A DNA stretch of 64,000 nucleotides from an uncultured virus (IMG/VR IMGVR_UViG_2859243816_000004) (Duplodnaviria > Heunggongvirae > Uroviricota > Caudoviricetes): IMG/VR virus record IMGVR_UViG_2859243816_000004, positions 1 through 64,000 of that record. One strand, given 5' to 3'. Shown here piece by piece: positions 50,388 through 60,564 of the stretch. How positions within the stretch are numbered: position 1 is the first letter of the stretch; the number at the start of each line of letters is the position of its first letter. Made by a program: the position numbers and the translations under genes. Under the pieces are notes generated by a model. That model saw nothing but the letters and a program-made list of their open reading frames with translations, did not search any database and was not told where the DNA came from.

Positions 50388-51407
50388 ATGGAATGCATAG
50401 AAAAAGACTTGTCAAAAGGCATTAATTTTACTCGTTCAACAGCTTGCATTTTGGTTGTTATTCTTCACATTGCCGGTTATGGTTTTTACGAAAATGGTGA
50501 GAACTGGCAAACCGCTAATATTATTGACTCTTTTACTAGAGTATGCGTACCTCTATTCATAATGATTACGGGTACCCTTCTTATACAACAGAAATCAGTT
50601 AAACCTATTCGTCGCATTATCAAAATAGTATATTGTTTATTATTTTGGTCTATTTTTTATACATTCGCAGACGGCCTACAATTTAAAAATATTATTGACT
50701 GGTGTCTAACAATCGCTAAAGCACCAATAAAATATCACCTATGGTATTTATATGCTTGCATCGGTTTCTACTTAACGCTCCCGGTACTGAGTGCATTTTA
50801 TTGTAACTCTCATCTAAAATATTCCTTGGCTTATATAGCAATATGGTTTTTCTTGTCAATACTCTCTATTTTAGATAAAGTTCTTAATTTAAATGTCGAT
50901 TTATTCATAAATAACTATCAATTATCGACCTTCATAAACCTGACAGGTTACCTTCTTCTTGGTAAAGTAATTGCGCGAGCCTCCATTCCTTATGGCAACA
51001 AATTAATCACAACTGTTTCACTATTAACATTCATTTCATCTAGTTTAATAACCGCTTGGATAACATCATACTGGAGTGAGTACAATCAAAAACCAAATGC
51101 GTTATTTTACTCCAACCTTTCACCCTTGGTGATAATTGCATCCGCTTCATTATTCTTTTTTTTACTGAACATATCCAAAACGATTAAAGATTCAAATATA
51201 ATTATATCTTTTATTCCAAAGTATACACTAGGGATATATTGCATTCATATATTCATCCTTGAAACATTCATAAAATTTTCATTTAAAAATCAAGATATGA
51301 ATTTATCATTCTTTAGCACCATATTCATTGCAGTGTTGATTTTCCTTACCAGCCTTGTAGTAATATTTATTTTAAAGAAAATTCCAATACTGGATAAAGT
51401 ATTATGA
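50388..51407 (+). CDS. acyltransferase-3 family membrane protein (moron)
   Basis: R..A...VVILH, VPLFIMITG, HLWYLY and LGIYCIH; about 10 TM; AT-rich; opposite strand to the tail genes. Confidence 0.88.
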   Translation: MECIEKDLSKGINFTRSTACILVVILHIAGYGFYENGENWQTANIIDSFTRVCVPLFIMITGTLLIQQKSVKPIRRIIKIVYCLLFWSIFYTFADGLQFKNIIDWCLTIAKAPIKYHLWYLYACIGFYLTLPVLSAFYCNSHLKYSLAYIAIWFFLSILSILDKVLNLNVDLFINNYQLSTFINLTGYLLLGKVIARASIPYGNKLITTVSLLTFISSSLITAWITSYWSEYNQKPNALFYSNLSPLVIIASASLFFFLLNISKTIKDSNIIISFIPKYTLGIYCIHIFILETFIKFSFKNQDMNLSFFSTIFIAVLIFLTSLVVIFILKKIPILDKVL

Positions 51408-51427
51408 GCTAAGCAAAACATTCCACA

Positions 51428-51455
51428 TCGCACCAGTTGACGCAAACTGGTGCGA
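51428..51455. terminator. hairpin between convergent genes
   Basis: TCGCACCAGTT-gacgca-AACTGGTGCGA. Confidence 0.65.
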
Positions 51456-51472
51456 TAATTACATACAATTAT

Positions 51473-51868
51473 TTACGGTTGATTTGGCCAACTGATGTCT
51501 GTAATGGTAGAGATTTCCATCCTCATCAATGTGATCCTATATTCTTTCCATAATTTTAATGCTGAAACTTCTTCCTCCGTTGCAATATCCATATCAAAAG
51601 CATCTTGTCTCCATGCAATCTCCGCATTGGCCTTGTTCAGAAGAAATTGCTTCTGATTTGCAATCTGATTAAGTTGTTGTTCATCAGTTACTGAAACCCC
51701 ATCAACAAGAATTGGCTTTCCATTATTATCCGCCTGAATAAAACGCCCCTTGCCCTGACCTACAATCAGTTCTTGGTATAGTTCATCAGCAATAGGAATT
51801 GCGTTTTCAGGAACATCATTACTCTCATCATTATATAAACCTAATGGAACGGCAGTGAAATATTTCAT
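51473..51868 (-). CDS. tail fibre assembly protein (gpG position)
   Basis: WRQDAFD..ATEEE..LWKEYRI..WP. Confidence 0.85.
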   Translation of the reverse strand: MKYFTAVPLGLYNDESNDVPENAIPIADELYQELIVGQGKGRFIQADNNGKPILVDGVSVTDEQQLNQIANQKQFLLNKANAEIAWRQDAFDMDIATEEEVSALKLWKEYRITLMRMEISTITDISWPNQP

Positions 51869-52828
51869 TTAATATCCTATTGCTAACCAAGCCCATGAAG
51901 ATGGAGAAACTGGTGATGGATTGATTGCCATAGTCTGGCCAATCCATTCACACTGAAATTTTGTTGGAATGCCCAAACGCACTCGTGAATTATCTGTAAC
52001 TGTCGAGGCATAATCTATAGCTAAGACAATGAGGCACTCGTGATTAAACGCCTCTGGAAAAACTATCACACCACTGGACGAGTTACTTTGTATCTGTTGC
52101 ATTTGAATAACATATTCCCCAGCAACACCATCAATAAACCCGGGAATACGGATCTGTTTACTCGTACCATTGATAGCATTTCTCAAACCAAGATATTGAA
52201 GAACGCCAACTACATCTACTTTACTCAACATAGGACGAACAAAATCACTCAGTTCTGCCAAAGCTGCTGTTTTTTCAGCAGTGAAATATGGAAACTTTCC
52301 TTTGGCCGGTTTCAACTCCGCCAGCGCGGTCAGGGTATCGCTTTTCTGCTGCCGGGTTTCAATGAGGTTATCGACATAGCTACGCGTTGCCAGCACTACG
52401 GATGGATCGATTTTCAGCGTGATGTTATCGGTGCTACTGGTGATCAGCACCATGCGCACGGTCTGCGTGCGTCCGCTACCTTCAACGAGCTGCGGCTTAT
52501 AGCTTTCCGGGCAATTCCCCACGGCAATCAGCGCGCCGGTCTCATCGAACAGTCCGACCTCGCGAATCCACCAACCGCCCTCAGTTTCAGGGATCACTTG
52601 TTCAGCAATAATCTGGCTACTGTTCTGTGGATCGATATAAAGCATATTCAGCGCAGCCCGGCGCTTTTCTGCAACCAGCGCCGTCTGTTTTGCGTCAGGC
52701 GTCGGCAATGCTCCACCGCCGTCACCCACCGCCATCTGGGTAATTTTCAGAGGGATACCGAGCGCGGCAGCGCTTGCCAGCTTCGCCGCCCCAATATCCG
52801 TCATCAAGGTGTAAAATTTTGCGCTCAT
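51869..52828 (-). CDS. short tail fibre protein (gpH N-terminus)
   Basis: P2 gpH N-terminal domain plus an AT-rich short C-terminus (VFPEAF...WLAIGY). Confidence 0.85.
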   Translation of the reverse strand: MSAKFYTLMTDIGAAKLASAAALGIPLKITQMAVGDGGGALPTPDAKQTALVAEKRRAALNMLYIDPQNSSQIIAEQVIPETEGGWWIREVGLFDETGALIAVGNCPESYKPQLVEGSGRTQTVRMVLITSSTDNITLKIDPSVVLATRSYVDNLIETRQQKSDTLTALAELKPAKGKFPYFTAEKTAALAELSDFVRPMLSKVDVVGVLQYLGLRNAINGTSKQIRIPGFIDGVAGEYVIQMQQIQSNSSSGVIVFPEAFNHECLIVLAIDYASTVTDNSRVRLGIPTKFQCEWIGQTMAINPSPVSPSSWAWLAIGY

Positions 52829-53436
52829 GGGTTCACTCTCATTGTGTCAATATCGTGGACCGCGCCGCTATGGTACGCAGTGCCGCCGGAAACGATGGTT
52901 TCATTGATATACGGGTAAATAGTGATTTCTTCGCCGGTATAGGTCGCGGCTCCAAGGTAATACGGGCCACTGGTTTGCAGATTGATAGACATGCCGATCA
53001 GATGGCGGCTGCACGGTTTTGCATCGCTAATCAGGCGCTCAAGCTCCAGATAGGTTTCCTCTGTGATCCCCTGGTCCTGCACACCAATATCCAGCCGGAA
53101 CGTGCCCGGCTGCTCACCGTTTTGCCACCACTCAATAATGCGGATAAGAAATCCAAACGGCTCAACCACGCGACGAACGGCGCTGATCGTCCCTTTGTGC
53201 TGATGAATAAAGAAAGCATCCTGCACTACCCGCCGTTTTGTACTTTCGGCCCAGCTTTCGTCCCAGCGGTCCACTGAAAAAGCCCAGGCCAGATAAGGCA
53301 GAAAGCGGACCGGACACGTTGCCGGGTTCCACAGGTCACGCAGTGGAACCTGCAGATCAGAAACGCCGCTGCAGGTGAGTGCTAATCGACGCTCAAGCGC
53401 AGATGAGCCAGGCGGCAAAAGCGTGTTGTTACTCAT
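52825..53436 (-). CDS. P2 gpI
   Basis: CPVRFLPYLAWAFSVDRWD. Confidence 0.9.
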   Translation of the reverse strand: MSNNTLLPPGSSALERRLALTCSGVSDLQVPLRDLWNPATCPVRFLPYLAWAFSVDRWDESWAESTKRRVVQDAFFIHQHKGTISAVRRVVEPFGFLIRIIEWWQNGEQPGTFRLDIGVQDQGITEETYLELERLISDAKPCSRHLIGMSINLQTSGPYYLGAATYTGEEITIYPYINETIVSGGTAYHSGAVHDIDTMRVNP

Positions 53437-54346
53437 TTCCGGCGCCCTCACTCGCCACCGATACATCACACCCATCACAAAAACCGGATGCCGTGCGGTC
53501 CATGATGATATCGGCGGCAGGCTCAATCATTTCTACCCAATCCACCCCGGCAACACGTAACACCGCGCCATAAGATTCACTTCGCACGCTTCGGCCCAGG
53601 CGCTTTTGCTCAACCAGGTATGCGGCTAAATTTGCATTCGCCGCCTCAAGGCATGGCCCCGCAATGACACCATCAAATAGATGTAGTTTTGCTTTAACGC
53701 TGTAGTGGTGGATCGCGGCAGACTGCACCGTGACACGGTCCGCAATGGGCCTTTTATCTTCCCCGTTTACCGCCAGCGCCACCGCGCCCAGCAGCTCCTC
53801 GGATGCGGTCCCATTCCCGTCATGACTCAGAACGGTAAGCACCACCTCCGCCGGGGCCGGGCTGGTTGCACTGGCATCAGCCACGCGCCCATCAGCACTT
53901 TTGGCGTGAAACTCATACGCCGCAGATGGCCCTGCAACGGATAGCCCTTCAAAGGCTTCCGGCACGCGCTGGCGTAATGCATCATCACTTTCCATCACAG
54001 CGGCGACCGGCGGCACAGCGTCATCATCTGCTGGCGTTACCTTCAGACGTTTTACGTTGTTGTTTCCCGCGAGCTGATCCAGATCGGTACCAATGGCATA
54101 AGCCGCCATGACAGCCTGCGCAGCTTCATTGATACGCTGACGCAGCAAAATTTCACGGTAGGTACTTTCCTGCAGTAGTTTCACTATTGGTTCAGACTCC
54201 ATCGCCAGCGTGCGCAAAATAGCCTCCTGCTCATCTGCAGGGTACAACGCGACAAAATATGCCTTACGTTCCGCCAGTAGCGCTTCAAAATCCGGCACAT
54301 CCACAATCTGCGGCGGCGGCAACTGGGAAAGGTCAATTACTGCCAT
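53429..54346 (-). CDS. P2 gpJ baseplate
   Basis: MAVIDLSQLPPP; SVAGPSAAYEFHA. Confidence 0.9.
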   Translation of the reverse strand: MAVIDLSQLPPPQIVDVPDFEALLAERKAYFVALYPADEQEAILRTLAMESEPIVKLLQESTYREILLRQRINEAAQAVMAAYAIGTDLDQLAGNNNVKRLKVTPADDDAVPPVAAVMESDDALRQRVPEAFEGLSVAGPSAAYEFHAKSADGRVADASATSPAPAEVVLTVLSHDGNGTASEELLGAVALAVNGEDKRPIADRVTVQSAAIHHYSVKAKLHLFDGVIAGPCLEAANANLAAYLVEQKRLGRSVRSESYGAVLRVAGVDWVEMIEPAADIIMDRTASGFCDGCDVSVASEGAGNE

Positions 54347-54692
54347 TTTCGGCTCCTGTCGAAATGGAAAGAGAGACTGCGGCGCCATCGTTGCGCTGCC
54401 CGGAAAGCTCCACCACCATCGAGCCATCAAAATTTGTGCTGATAGAAATGGCATCCAGCGTCAGGCGAGGTTCCCAGCGGCTCAGCGCCACATAAACGGC
54501 AGACATGACCTGCAGGCGAAGCGCCGGGTTCTGAGGCTGATCGATAAGCTCAGAAAGCAGCGAGCCATATTCCCTGCGGGCAATCCGGCTGCCTTGTGGC
54601 GTCAGCAAAATATCCCTCACCGATTGCCGCAAATGGTCCGTATCCGTGATCGCTTTGCCGTTGGCCTGACTCATGCCCAGATACATCGTCAT
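54333..54692 (-). CDS. P2 gpW baseplate
   Basis: HLRQSVRDILLTPQGSR. Confidence 0.9.
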   Translation of the reverse strand: MTMYLGMSQANGKAITDTDHLRQSVRDILLTPQGSRIARREYGSLLSELIDQPQNPALRLQVMSAVYVALSRWEPRLTLDAISISTNFDGSMVVELSGQRNDGAAVSLSISTGAENGSN

Positions 54693-55267
54693 ACCGGCCC
54701 CCCTGATGTGTCATTGCCAGCTTTCACGCCATCATGACCGTGCTTATCCGCCACAATGCCGTTTGAACTCATCGGCCCGCCGCCCTGGGTAACACTGCCG
54801 TTAATCACCACATCACTGTTAATCCGCGTATTGTCCGCCTCCACCACAAACTCACTGGTTTTAAAAGTGACGTTATCAGCAGCTTCGATCACCATGGATT
54901 TGATGCCCCGCACGTACCAGCGCCCCGTGGCGGGTTCATACTCAAACCATCCACCATCGTCATATTTGGTCACGCTGCCGTCCTCAGAATTAGACGGCGG
55001 CGGGTACTGATTGGAATAGACGGCAGGCAACGCAAAGGCGGTTTCAAGATTGCCGCCCAGACTCAGCAGCACAACCTGCTCGCCCACTGACGGTTTCCAC
55101 CACGTACGCGATTTACCGGCGCGGCAGGTCAGCCAGTTAATCCAGTTGGTTTCGAGGTCGCCTGTTTTCACCCGGCATAGCCAGTTCTTCCGGTCCACAT
55201 CGATCACCGTACCGGTGCGGATCAGATTGGTGATAAGGCGCATGATTTCGGTTAGTTGTGCGTTCAT
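54689..55267 (-). CDS. P2 gpV spike
   Basis: MNAQLTEIMRLITNLIRTG; HGH end. Confidence 0.9.
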   Translation of the reverse strand: MNAQLTEIMRLITNLIRTGTVIDVDRKNWLCRVKTGDLETNWINWLTCRAGKSRTWWKPSVGEQVVLLSLGGNLETAFALPAVYSNQYPPPSNSEDGSVTKYDDGGWFEYEPATGRWYVRGIKSMVIEAADNVTFKTSEFVVEADNTRINSDVVINGSVTQGGGPMSSNGIVADKHGHDGVKAGNDTSGGPV

Positions 55268-55314
55268 ATAGAAAATGATGTCATGAGTAAATTTCTGAGG
55301 TAATCTGAATAGTA

Positions 55315-55332
55315 TGTACAATCGACCACACA
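55315..55332. promoter_or_regulatory. Ogr-binding site of the V promoter
   Basis: TGT-N12-ACA about 55 bp upstream of the V ATG. Confidence 0.7.
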
Positions 55333-55344
55333 AATTAGCTCGCC

Positions 55345-55905
55345 ATGACACCTACATCAGTAATAACTTTTTTATTAATCGCAGCAGTTGTGATTGCGTT
55401 TTTTGGAAAGGAACAGTTTAAAAAGGACGTTATGAACATCTTCAGATATAAGATAGATGACATCGAAGACATTGAAGATGAAAATAAATCCGAAACTGAA
55501 AAATCTGCAGATAGAATTCAGTTTTTTTGCCAACGACTTATATTTGTCGGTTTAACAGGGTTCCTTTTATTCAAAGGCACAGTTGAATTAGTAGATACAT
55601 TCTGGCCAATTGATATATCATCACAACCGTTCTTTGCTCATATACGACAAATAAAAACCCTAAGTTATGTTGCCAAAGCACTGGCTGTATCATGTGGGTT
55701 CCAACTTGCATTTATGCTGATAACAAAAGGTCCTGACGAAGCAGTCGAGCCTATAATGCTGGGCATAGCTTCCGTAATACTCCTTATGCTTTCAGTTATA
55801 GATCCAGACAAATGGACAATACATCATTCAATCTCCGTAGCATTGTTAATAATGTGTATCGCTGGATTATTCTTCTTATCCAAAAAACTTAAAAATAACA
55901 AATGA
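55345..55905 (+). CDS. multi-TM hypothetical protein (moron between V and S)
   Basis: about 5 hydrophobic segments, AT-rich, antisense to the late genes. Confidence 0.75.
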   Translation: MTPTSVITFLLIAAVVIAFFGKEQFKKDVMNIFRYKIDDIEDIEDENKSETEKSADRIQFFCQRLIFVGLTGFLLFKGTVELVDTFWPIDISSQPFFAHIRQIKTLSYVAKALAVSCGFQLAFMLITKGPDEAVEPIMLGIASVILLMLSVIDPDKWTIHHSISVALLIMCIAGLFFLSKKLKNNK

Positions 55906-55924
55906 TTAAATTGGATTATCACAT

Positions 55925-56371
55925 TCAATAATTTATAAAACGTAACAGCACATCGCGAATCAATAAGCGAGAATTATCACTGAATCCGAGTAATTGACGT
56001 TTAGTGTATCGGATCTCCGGCCCCTTACGACTGACTCGATCACGCAGGCCGTAATGATGTACACGAGCAATGCGCTGCACCCTCCCCTCAAACTGCACAC
56101 TGGCAGAGTCTGCGCTGGCGGTGGCTTTCAGGTATCTTGCGGTACGCAGCTTAGAAAACATCTGCCGCTTGATGCGCCCCTGCTTCGTGCGTGCCGTGAC
56201 GCGGCGCGGCTCGTATCCGCTACCGTCCGGGTTGCGCTGCAGCCTGATGTTTTGTTGTTGCGTCCGGCGCAGCTGCTGCGCCAGCTCGCGCAGCATTCGC
56301 TTCCGTTCTGCCGGGGCAAGGCTCGCCAGCAGCGCCGTCAGCCACGCATCAACCTGCTGCAGCTCATCCAC
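55925..56371 (-). CDS. P2 gpS tail completion
   Basis: QRNPDGS; ARVHHYG. Confidence 0.9.
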   Translation of the reverse strand: MDELQQVDAWLTALLASLAPAERKRMLRELAQQLRRTQQQNIRLQRNPDGSGYEPRRVTARTKQGRIKRQMFSKLRTARYLKATASADSASVQFEGRVQRIARVHHYGLRDRVSRKGPEIRYTKRQLLGFSDNSRLLIRDVLLRFINY

Positions 56372-56798
56372 GTTTCACCGTCCACATAGCATCATCAGGG
56401 TTTTCCGGCTCCGGCACGGCTTCCACGCTCGACACACCGCCATCAGTGCTGACCACAACACGCTCCGTCAGTTGCAGGTCTATGCTGATATCGCAAATAT
56501 CATTGCGCAGGATATCCACTTCAAAGCTGAACAGTTTTTCCCGCAGATCCGGGTTATTGATGGCATCAGGCTGGTTAACACTCAGCCACTGGAGGATCGG
56601 CGCCATCAGTAAATTCTGATCGCCACTAAAATCGACAATCACCACGTTCAGGGTGTACCGGTATTCCCATGAAATAGACGGCGCGCCGGTCGCCACTACT
56701 GCGCCTTTGTCCACGAACATATGCAGCTTGTCCGGGTTCTCCCGGACGTACTGCACCGCCTTATTGAGCGCGTGGCGTAAAGATTGAGGCTTGTTCAC
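56364..56798 (-). CDS. P2 gpR tail completion
   Basis: NKPQSLR; QLTERVVV. Confidence 0.9.
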   Translation of the reverse strand: MNKPQSLRHALNKAVQYVRENPDKLHMFVDKGAVVATGAPSISWEYRYTLNVVIVDFSGDQNLLMAPILQWLSVNQPDAINNPDLREKLFSFEVDILRNDICDISIDLQLTERVVVSTDGGVSSVEAVPEPENPDDAMWTVKRG

Positions 56799-57051
56799 TG
56801 TTTCGCTCCTGGCAGGCAATAATCACATCCACCTTATCGGCGCAGATGGCCCATGCAGCCTCGGCTTCATCAGCCGCCTTAAGCAGATCGCCGTTAGTCC
56901 TGGCTGATGACTTTTGCAGGCGGCACTGCGTTATTTTCGGACAGCCATTCACGGTAAGCTGCACCTCCGGCGATCGCTGGGCGGTCACGCAACCTGATAA
57001 CGTCAGGAGGCAAAGGAGTATCAGACCAGCGCCGCAAATCATCGTTTTCAC
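56761..57051 (-). CDS. lysC: LysC o-spanin
   Basis: LSGC lipobox; WAICADKVD; overlaps lysB. Confidence 0.8.
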   Translation of the reverse strand: MKTMICGAGLILLCLLTLSGCVTAQRSPEVQLTVNGCPKITQCRLQKSSARTNGDLLKAADEAEAAWAICADKVDVIIACQERNSEQASIFTPRAQ

Positions 57052-57319
57052 GTTTAAGTTCCTCAATACGCCGTTGGCGCTGGCGCAGCAGCGCGGTGGA
57101 TTCTTCCGCCGCCGCATAAAGCCGCGCCTGCTCCCGGTTGTTGGTTTCGGTCAGAACAGACAGCGCGATCAGCTGACTGCTGGCGCGGGCCTGTTTTTCC
57201 TTGCTGGCTTCCAGATCACGTCCCTGCAGCTCAATCGTCTGCCGGGCCTTGTTCAACTGCCACGTTTGCCAGCCCAGCAAAGCCAGAACCAGCGCTATCA
57301 CCGCCGCCAGTATGCGCAT
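56894..57319 (-). CDS. lysB: LysB i-spanin
   Basis: TM plus coiled coil; WSDTPLPPDVIRL. Confidence 0.88.
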   Translation of the reverse strand: MRILAAVIALVLALLGWQTWQLNKARQTIELQGRDLEASKEKQARASSQLIALSVLTETNNREQARLYAAAEESTALLRQRQRRIEELKRENDDLRRWSDTPLPPDVIRLRDRPAIAGGAAYREWLSENNAVPPAKVISQD

Positions 57320-57341
57320 CAGGCCACCGCTATTTTATTTT

Positions 57342-57857
57342 TCATTCCGTTGCTCCTTTTAAGCACCAGGACAGCTCCCGCGCGCGGCGGTTATCCAGCC
57401 CCTGATTAAATACACCGTTGACATACACCCAGCGCGGCAGCTGATAGCACGCATCCCGCCAGCGCTTCTGATTAATAAACTTCACCATGGTGGAACTGCA
57501 GGTATTGCCGGTCCCAACGTTAAAGGCCAGAGAAACCAGCGCGTCATAGACAAACTGCGGAACATCCACCAGGACACAGCGTGCCAGCGCGGTTTCAACC
57601 CTCAGCACGTTGGTGATGAAGTTTCCCGCCGCCTGCCGTTCTGTAATGGTCCTGCCCGGCTTCACGCCTGACGTGTTGCCGATGCCGTCAGTCCACACCC
57701 CCGCATCACACTGATAAGGCTGCAGGCGGCATCCCTCGTAATCCGCAATCAGCTTTAATCCTTCCACTGATGTGTGGAGTTGCTGAAAACCCGGCAGCGT
57801 GGCAGCAATCGCCAGCACCACACCGATAACGCAGTTTTTAACGGCCCGCAGACTCAT
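57342..57857 (-). CDS. SAR-type lysozyme (GH24)
   Basis: EGCRLQPYQCDAGVWTDGIG. Confidence 0.9.
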   Translation of the reverse strand: MSLRAVKNCVIGVVLAIAATLPGFQQLHTSVEGLKLIADYEGCRLQPYQCDAGVWTDGIGNTSGVKPGRTITERQAAGNFITNVLRVETALARCVLVDVPQFVYDALVSLAFNVGTGNTCSSTMVKFINQKRWRDACYQLPRWVYVNGVFNQGLDNRRARELSWCLKGATE

Positions 57858-58053
57858 ATTCACCCCGGCTGATTTTCCCGCTGGCAAGCAGCTGATAGGT
57901 CTTGTGCCGGTAGTACCAGCTGACCAGAAACATGCACAAACCCAGCACCATTCCGGTGATGGTCGCTGCAGCCTGCAGATCAAAGTTCCCAAGCTTCGCC
58001 ATGAATAAGGCGATGCAGTACGTAACAAAGGCGCTGATTCGTTCAAGCGTCAT
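57838..58053 (-). CDS. holin (HP1-like)
   Basis: MTLERISAFVTY...SWYYR. Confidence 0.8.
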   Translation of the reverse strand: MTLERISAFVTYCIALFMAKLGNFDLQAAATITGMVLGLCMFLVSWYYRHKTYQLLASGKISRGEYESAGR

Positions 58054-58056
58054 AGT

Positions 58057-58260
58057 TCAGTCCCATAGCTGGACGGTCTGCACCGTGGTCGTGGTGGCAA
58101 TATCCGGCAGCTCCACCTGCAGGCCGTGTGGTAAAAATGGGCCATATTCAGCCAGCCCCGGATTTGCCTGCAGTACCTGTTCAGTGACGCCCTGCGTGCG
58201 TCCGTAATGACGCCAGCAAAGCGCGTCCACCGTGTCATTCTGGTACGCACGCACTTTCAT
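58057..58260 (-). CDS. P2 gpX
   Basis: DTVDALCWRHYG. Confidence 0.9.
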   Translation of the reverse strand: MKVRAYQNDTVDALCWRHYGRTQGVTEQVLQANPGLAEYGPFLPHGLQVELPDIATTTTVQTVQLWD

Positions 58261-58724
58261 CAGATCAGCTCCACCGTGCAGTGCAGTGCATCCTGTACCC
58301 GGCTGATAGCCCAGCGGGCATCCCGCCACAGGTCGCCGCTGGCCTCCGCCAGCTCCTCCCCTCGTTTCACGCCGGACGCCGTAGCGTCATAGTCCTGATA
58401 ACGCTCATTGACCTGCGCACGCGCCCAGCAAAAAACAGCATTGTGATAGTGGTGGATACGCTCGCTTTTACCGTCCAGCTGCTCCGCAGGCACATCTGCC
58501 AGCGTCATAAACCCCAGCATCTGCTGGCGCTGGCGGAAGGTGTAAAGCTCTGCGTTAACCTCTGACATAGCAGAAAGGATCAACTGCTTTAAACGTGGTG
58601 CCGTCACCGTGCCGTCCGTTCGCATCACGCTGCGAAACTCCGACAAATCAACATCAGGCCAGAACGGCGTATTTTTGATGACTTCGGCCTGTTCCGGTGC
58701 CTGTTCGGGCGCAACAAACTTCAT
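58260..58724 (-). CDS. P2 gpL head completion
   Basis: FWPDVDL; LWRDARWAI. Confidence 0.9.
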   Translation of the reverse strand: MKFVAPEQAPEQAEVIKNTPFWPDVDLSEFRSVMRTDGTVTAPRLKQLILSAMSEVNAELYTFRQRQQMLGFMTLADVPAEQLDGKSERIHHYHNAVFCWARAQVNERYQDYDATASGVKRGEELAEASGDLWRDARWAISRVQDALHCTVELI

Positions 58725-58817
58725 GCGGCTTTCTCCAGATTAGAGGGCGGTGGACGGGGTTTTGATGTGGCGTTGCCTTTCGCCACCCCGTGCCGCCCGT
58801 GCGCGGGGCACGTTCGG

Positions 58818-59468
58818 TCAGCTACCGGCGGCGCGCAAACGGCGCTCCAGTTGCTGTTTATCTTTCTTCACGCCACAGTGGTTATCGAGCTGCAGCGCAT
58901 GGTTGAGGTGGTTAAGCGCTGATGCGGGGCTGGATTCAGCCAGCACAAGGCCGATTGCTTTATGCAGTCGCGCCCGTGACTGATCCGGCATATCGTGATC
59001 GGCGGTAAGGTCCAGAGTCTGCAGAAGCGGCTCAGCGTCAAAGCCCGTTGCGGCAATCAGGGCGCTTTGCGCCGCGTCTGCAATTTCTTCCGCCAGCACC
59101 GTCTGCACGTTCCGATTGCCAATTGGCATCACCCAGCCCTGACGCAGTGCATGACGCCCGATTTCCAGCGCTCCGGCATAATCACCGGCATCAATACGCC
59201 AGAGCATCACGAACATCAGCACATCGTCCTGCTGCGTACCTCCGGCAGCCAGCACCCCCTCCGCCCAGGCGGCATACTTAGGCAGCAGCTCAACTTTGAT
59301 TTGCGCCTTTGTTACCGTGGACTGAATGCCTTTAAGGCGGCGGCGGTCCTCCGCCAGCTGCAGCAGCATCAGGTCATAACCTGACGCGTGGCGAACACTG
59401 CCGCCCTGCCGGGCGGCCTGTTCAGCCTGAACGCGCAGGCGGTGCTGCCTTGCGGGACTCAGGCTCAT
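58818..59468 (-). CDS. P2 gpM terminase endonuclease subunit
   Basis: MSLSPARQHR; GVKKD. Confidence 0.9.
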   Translation of the reverse strand: MSLSPARQHRLRVQAEQAARQGGSVRHASGYDLMLLQLAEDRRRLKGIQSTVTKAQIKVELLPKYAAWAEGVLAAGGTQQDDVLMFVMLWRIDAGDYAGALEIGRHALRQGWVMPIGNRNVQTVLAEEIADAAQSALIAATGFDAEPLLQTLDLTADHDMPDQSRARLHKAIGLVLAESSPASALNHLNHALQLDNHCGVKKDKQQLERRLRAAGS

Positions 59469-59471
59469 GCA

Positions 59472-60548
59472 TTACTCCCCGGCATCTGGTGCTGGAGTAC
59501 TGAAATCACCGTACTCGATATTTTCAACCAGGGCCGCGCAACGGTAGTCCTCCACCACAAACGCCTCATTGACCGATTCAAAGTTTTCAATGCGATCGCG
59601 TTTCGGGTTATCAATGACAGAACGGCGGCGGGTATCTGCCTGCCAGTAAATGGACAGGTTATCCAGACGAGTGATCAGCAGGGCATTTGCCGGGAAGAAC
59701 GGCGCGCGGACCGCCTGCAGGCCACCCATGCGTTTTTGGCTGATAATGAGATCGGCAGCCAGCTTTTCACTGTTTTCCTGGTCTTTGTTGACGAGAGGGA
59801 AATACTTGTCGGACAACAGCTCACGCCCACAGATCACCACCAGTTCATCATCGTCCTGGTACACCACATCGATCAGCTCGTTGACGGCATCCATCACCAC
59901 GGCGTCCAGATTTTCGTAGCCTTTTTCATCCAGCCCCGACGCGCCTTTACCCACTTTCACCGTGCCTTTAGTGGTTACGCCGTCTTTCGTGGTGCTGCCC
60001 ATAACGTGATCCGGTGCATCTTCACGGATTTTCTGCAGCCAGCCTTTGTTCACATCCTGCAGCAGAGGGTTAGCGGAACGGTCAGAGGTTTTGGCGCGGG
60101 TCACGCCGTTAAAGCCAATCATGATGCGGTCCAGCGCCTGACGCTTGATGATGGCGTTACGCACGCGCACCTGGAAGTCCTGGAACTTCGCCCACAGGTC
60201 CAGCTTCGCGTAGGTCAGCACCGTGTCATAGTTGGTCTGTTCACATTTGTATTCCACATCCACCATCACCATCGGATCGGTAGGCTCACGGTCCTGTTTG
60301 GTGGTGTCGGTGGTTCCGGCAACGGTGCTGCCTACGCCCAGCCCCAAAAGTTGCCCGGACTGCTCATCAACCGGCGAGACGTTAATCAGCGTCAGGAATG
60401 CAGCGGACTGCTGGATCTCATCCTCCAGCGTCTGCTGTACGGACGGCTCAACGGTGAACTTGCTGGAAAGCTCCTCCACCTCCACACCGTTCAGGCGGGC
60501 CAGCTGCTGCAGGTAGGCATTGAATGCAAATTTAGTTTTCTGTTTCAT
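59472..60548 (-). CDS. P2 gpN major capsid
   Basis: ALDRIMIGFNG; DVNKGWLQ. Confidence 0.93.
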   Translation of the reverse strand: MKQKTKFAFNAYLQQLARLNGVEVEELSSKFTVEPSVQQTLEDEIQQSAAFLTLINVSPVDEQSGQLLGLGVGSTVAGTTDTTKQDREPTDPMVMVDVEYKCEQTNYDTVLTYAKLDLWAKFQDFQVRVRNAIIKRQALDRIMIGFNGVTRAKTSDRSANPLLQDVNKGWLQKIREDAPDHVMGSTTKDGVTTKGTVKVGKGASGLDEKGYENLDAVVMDAVNELIDVVYQDDDELVVICGRELLSDKYFPLVNKDQENSEKLAADLIISQKRMGGLQAVRAPFFPANALLITRLDNLSIYWQADTRRRSVIDNPKRDRIENFESVNEAFVVEDYRCAALVENIEYGDFSTPAPDAGE

Positions 60549-60564
60549 CGGGTTTTATGCTCCA

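Noticed and set aside
57319..57342. absence of lysA in the P2-like lysis cassette
   Set aside because: lysA is non-essential and variable in P2 relatives
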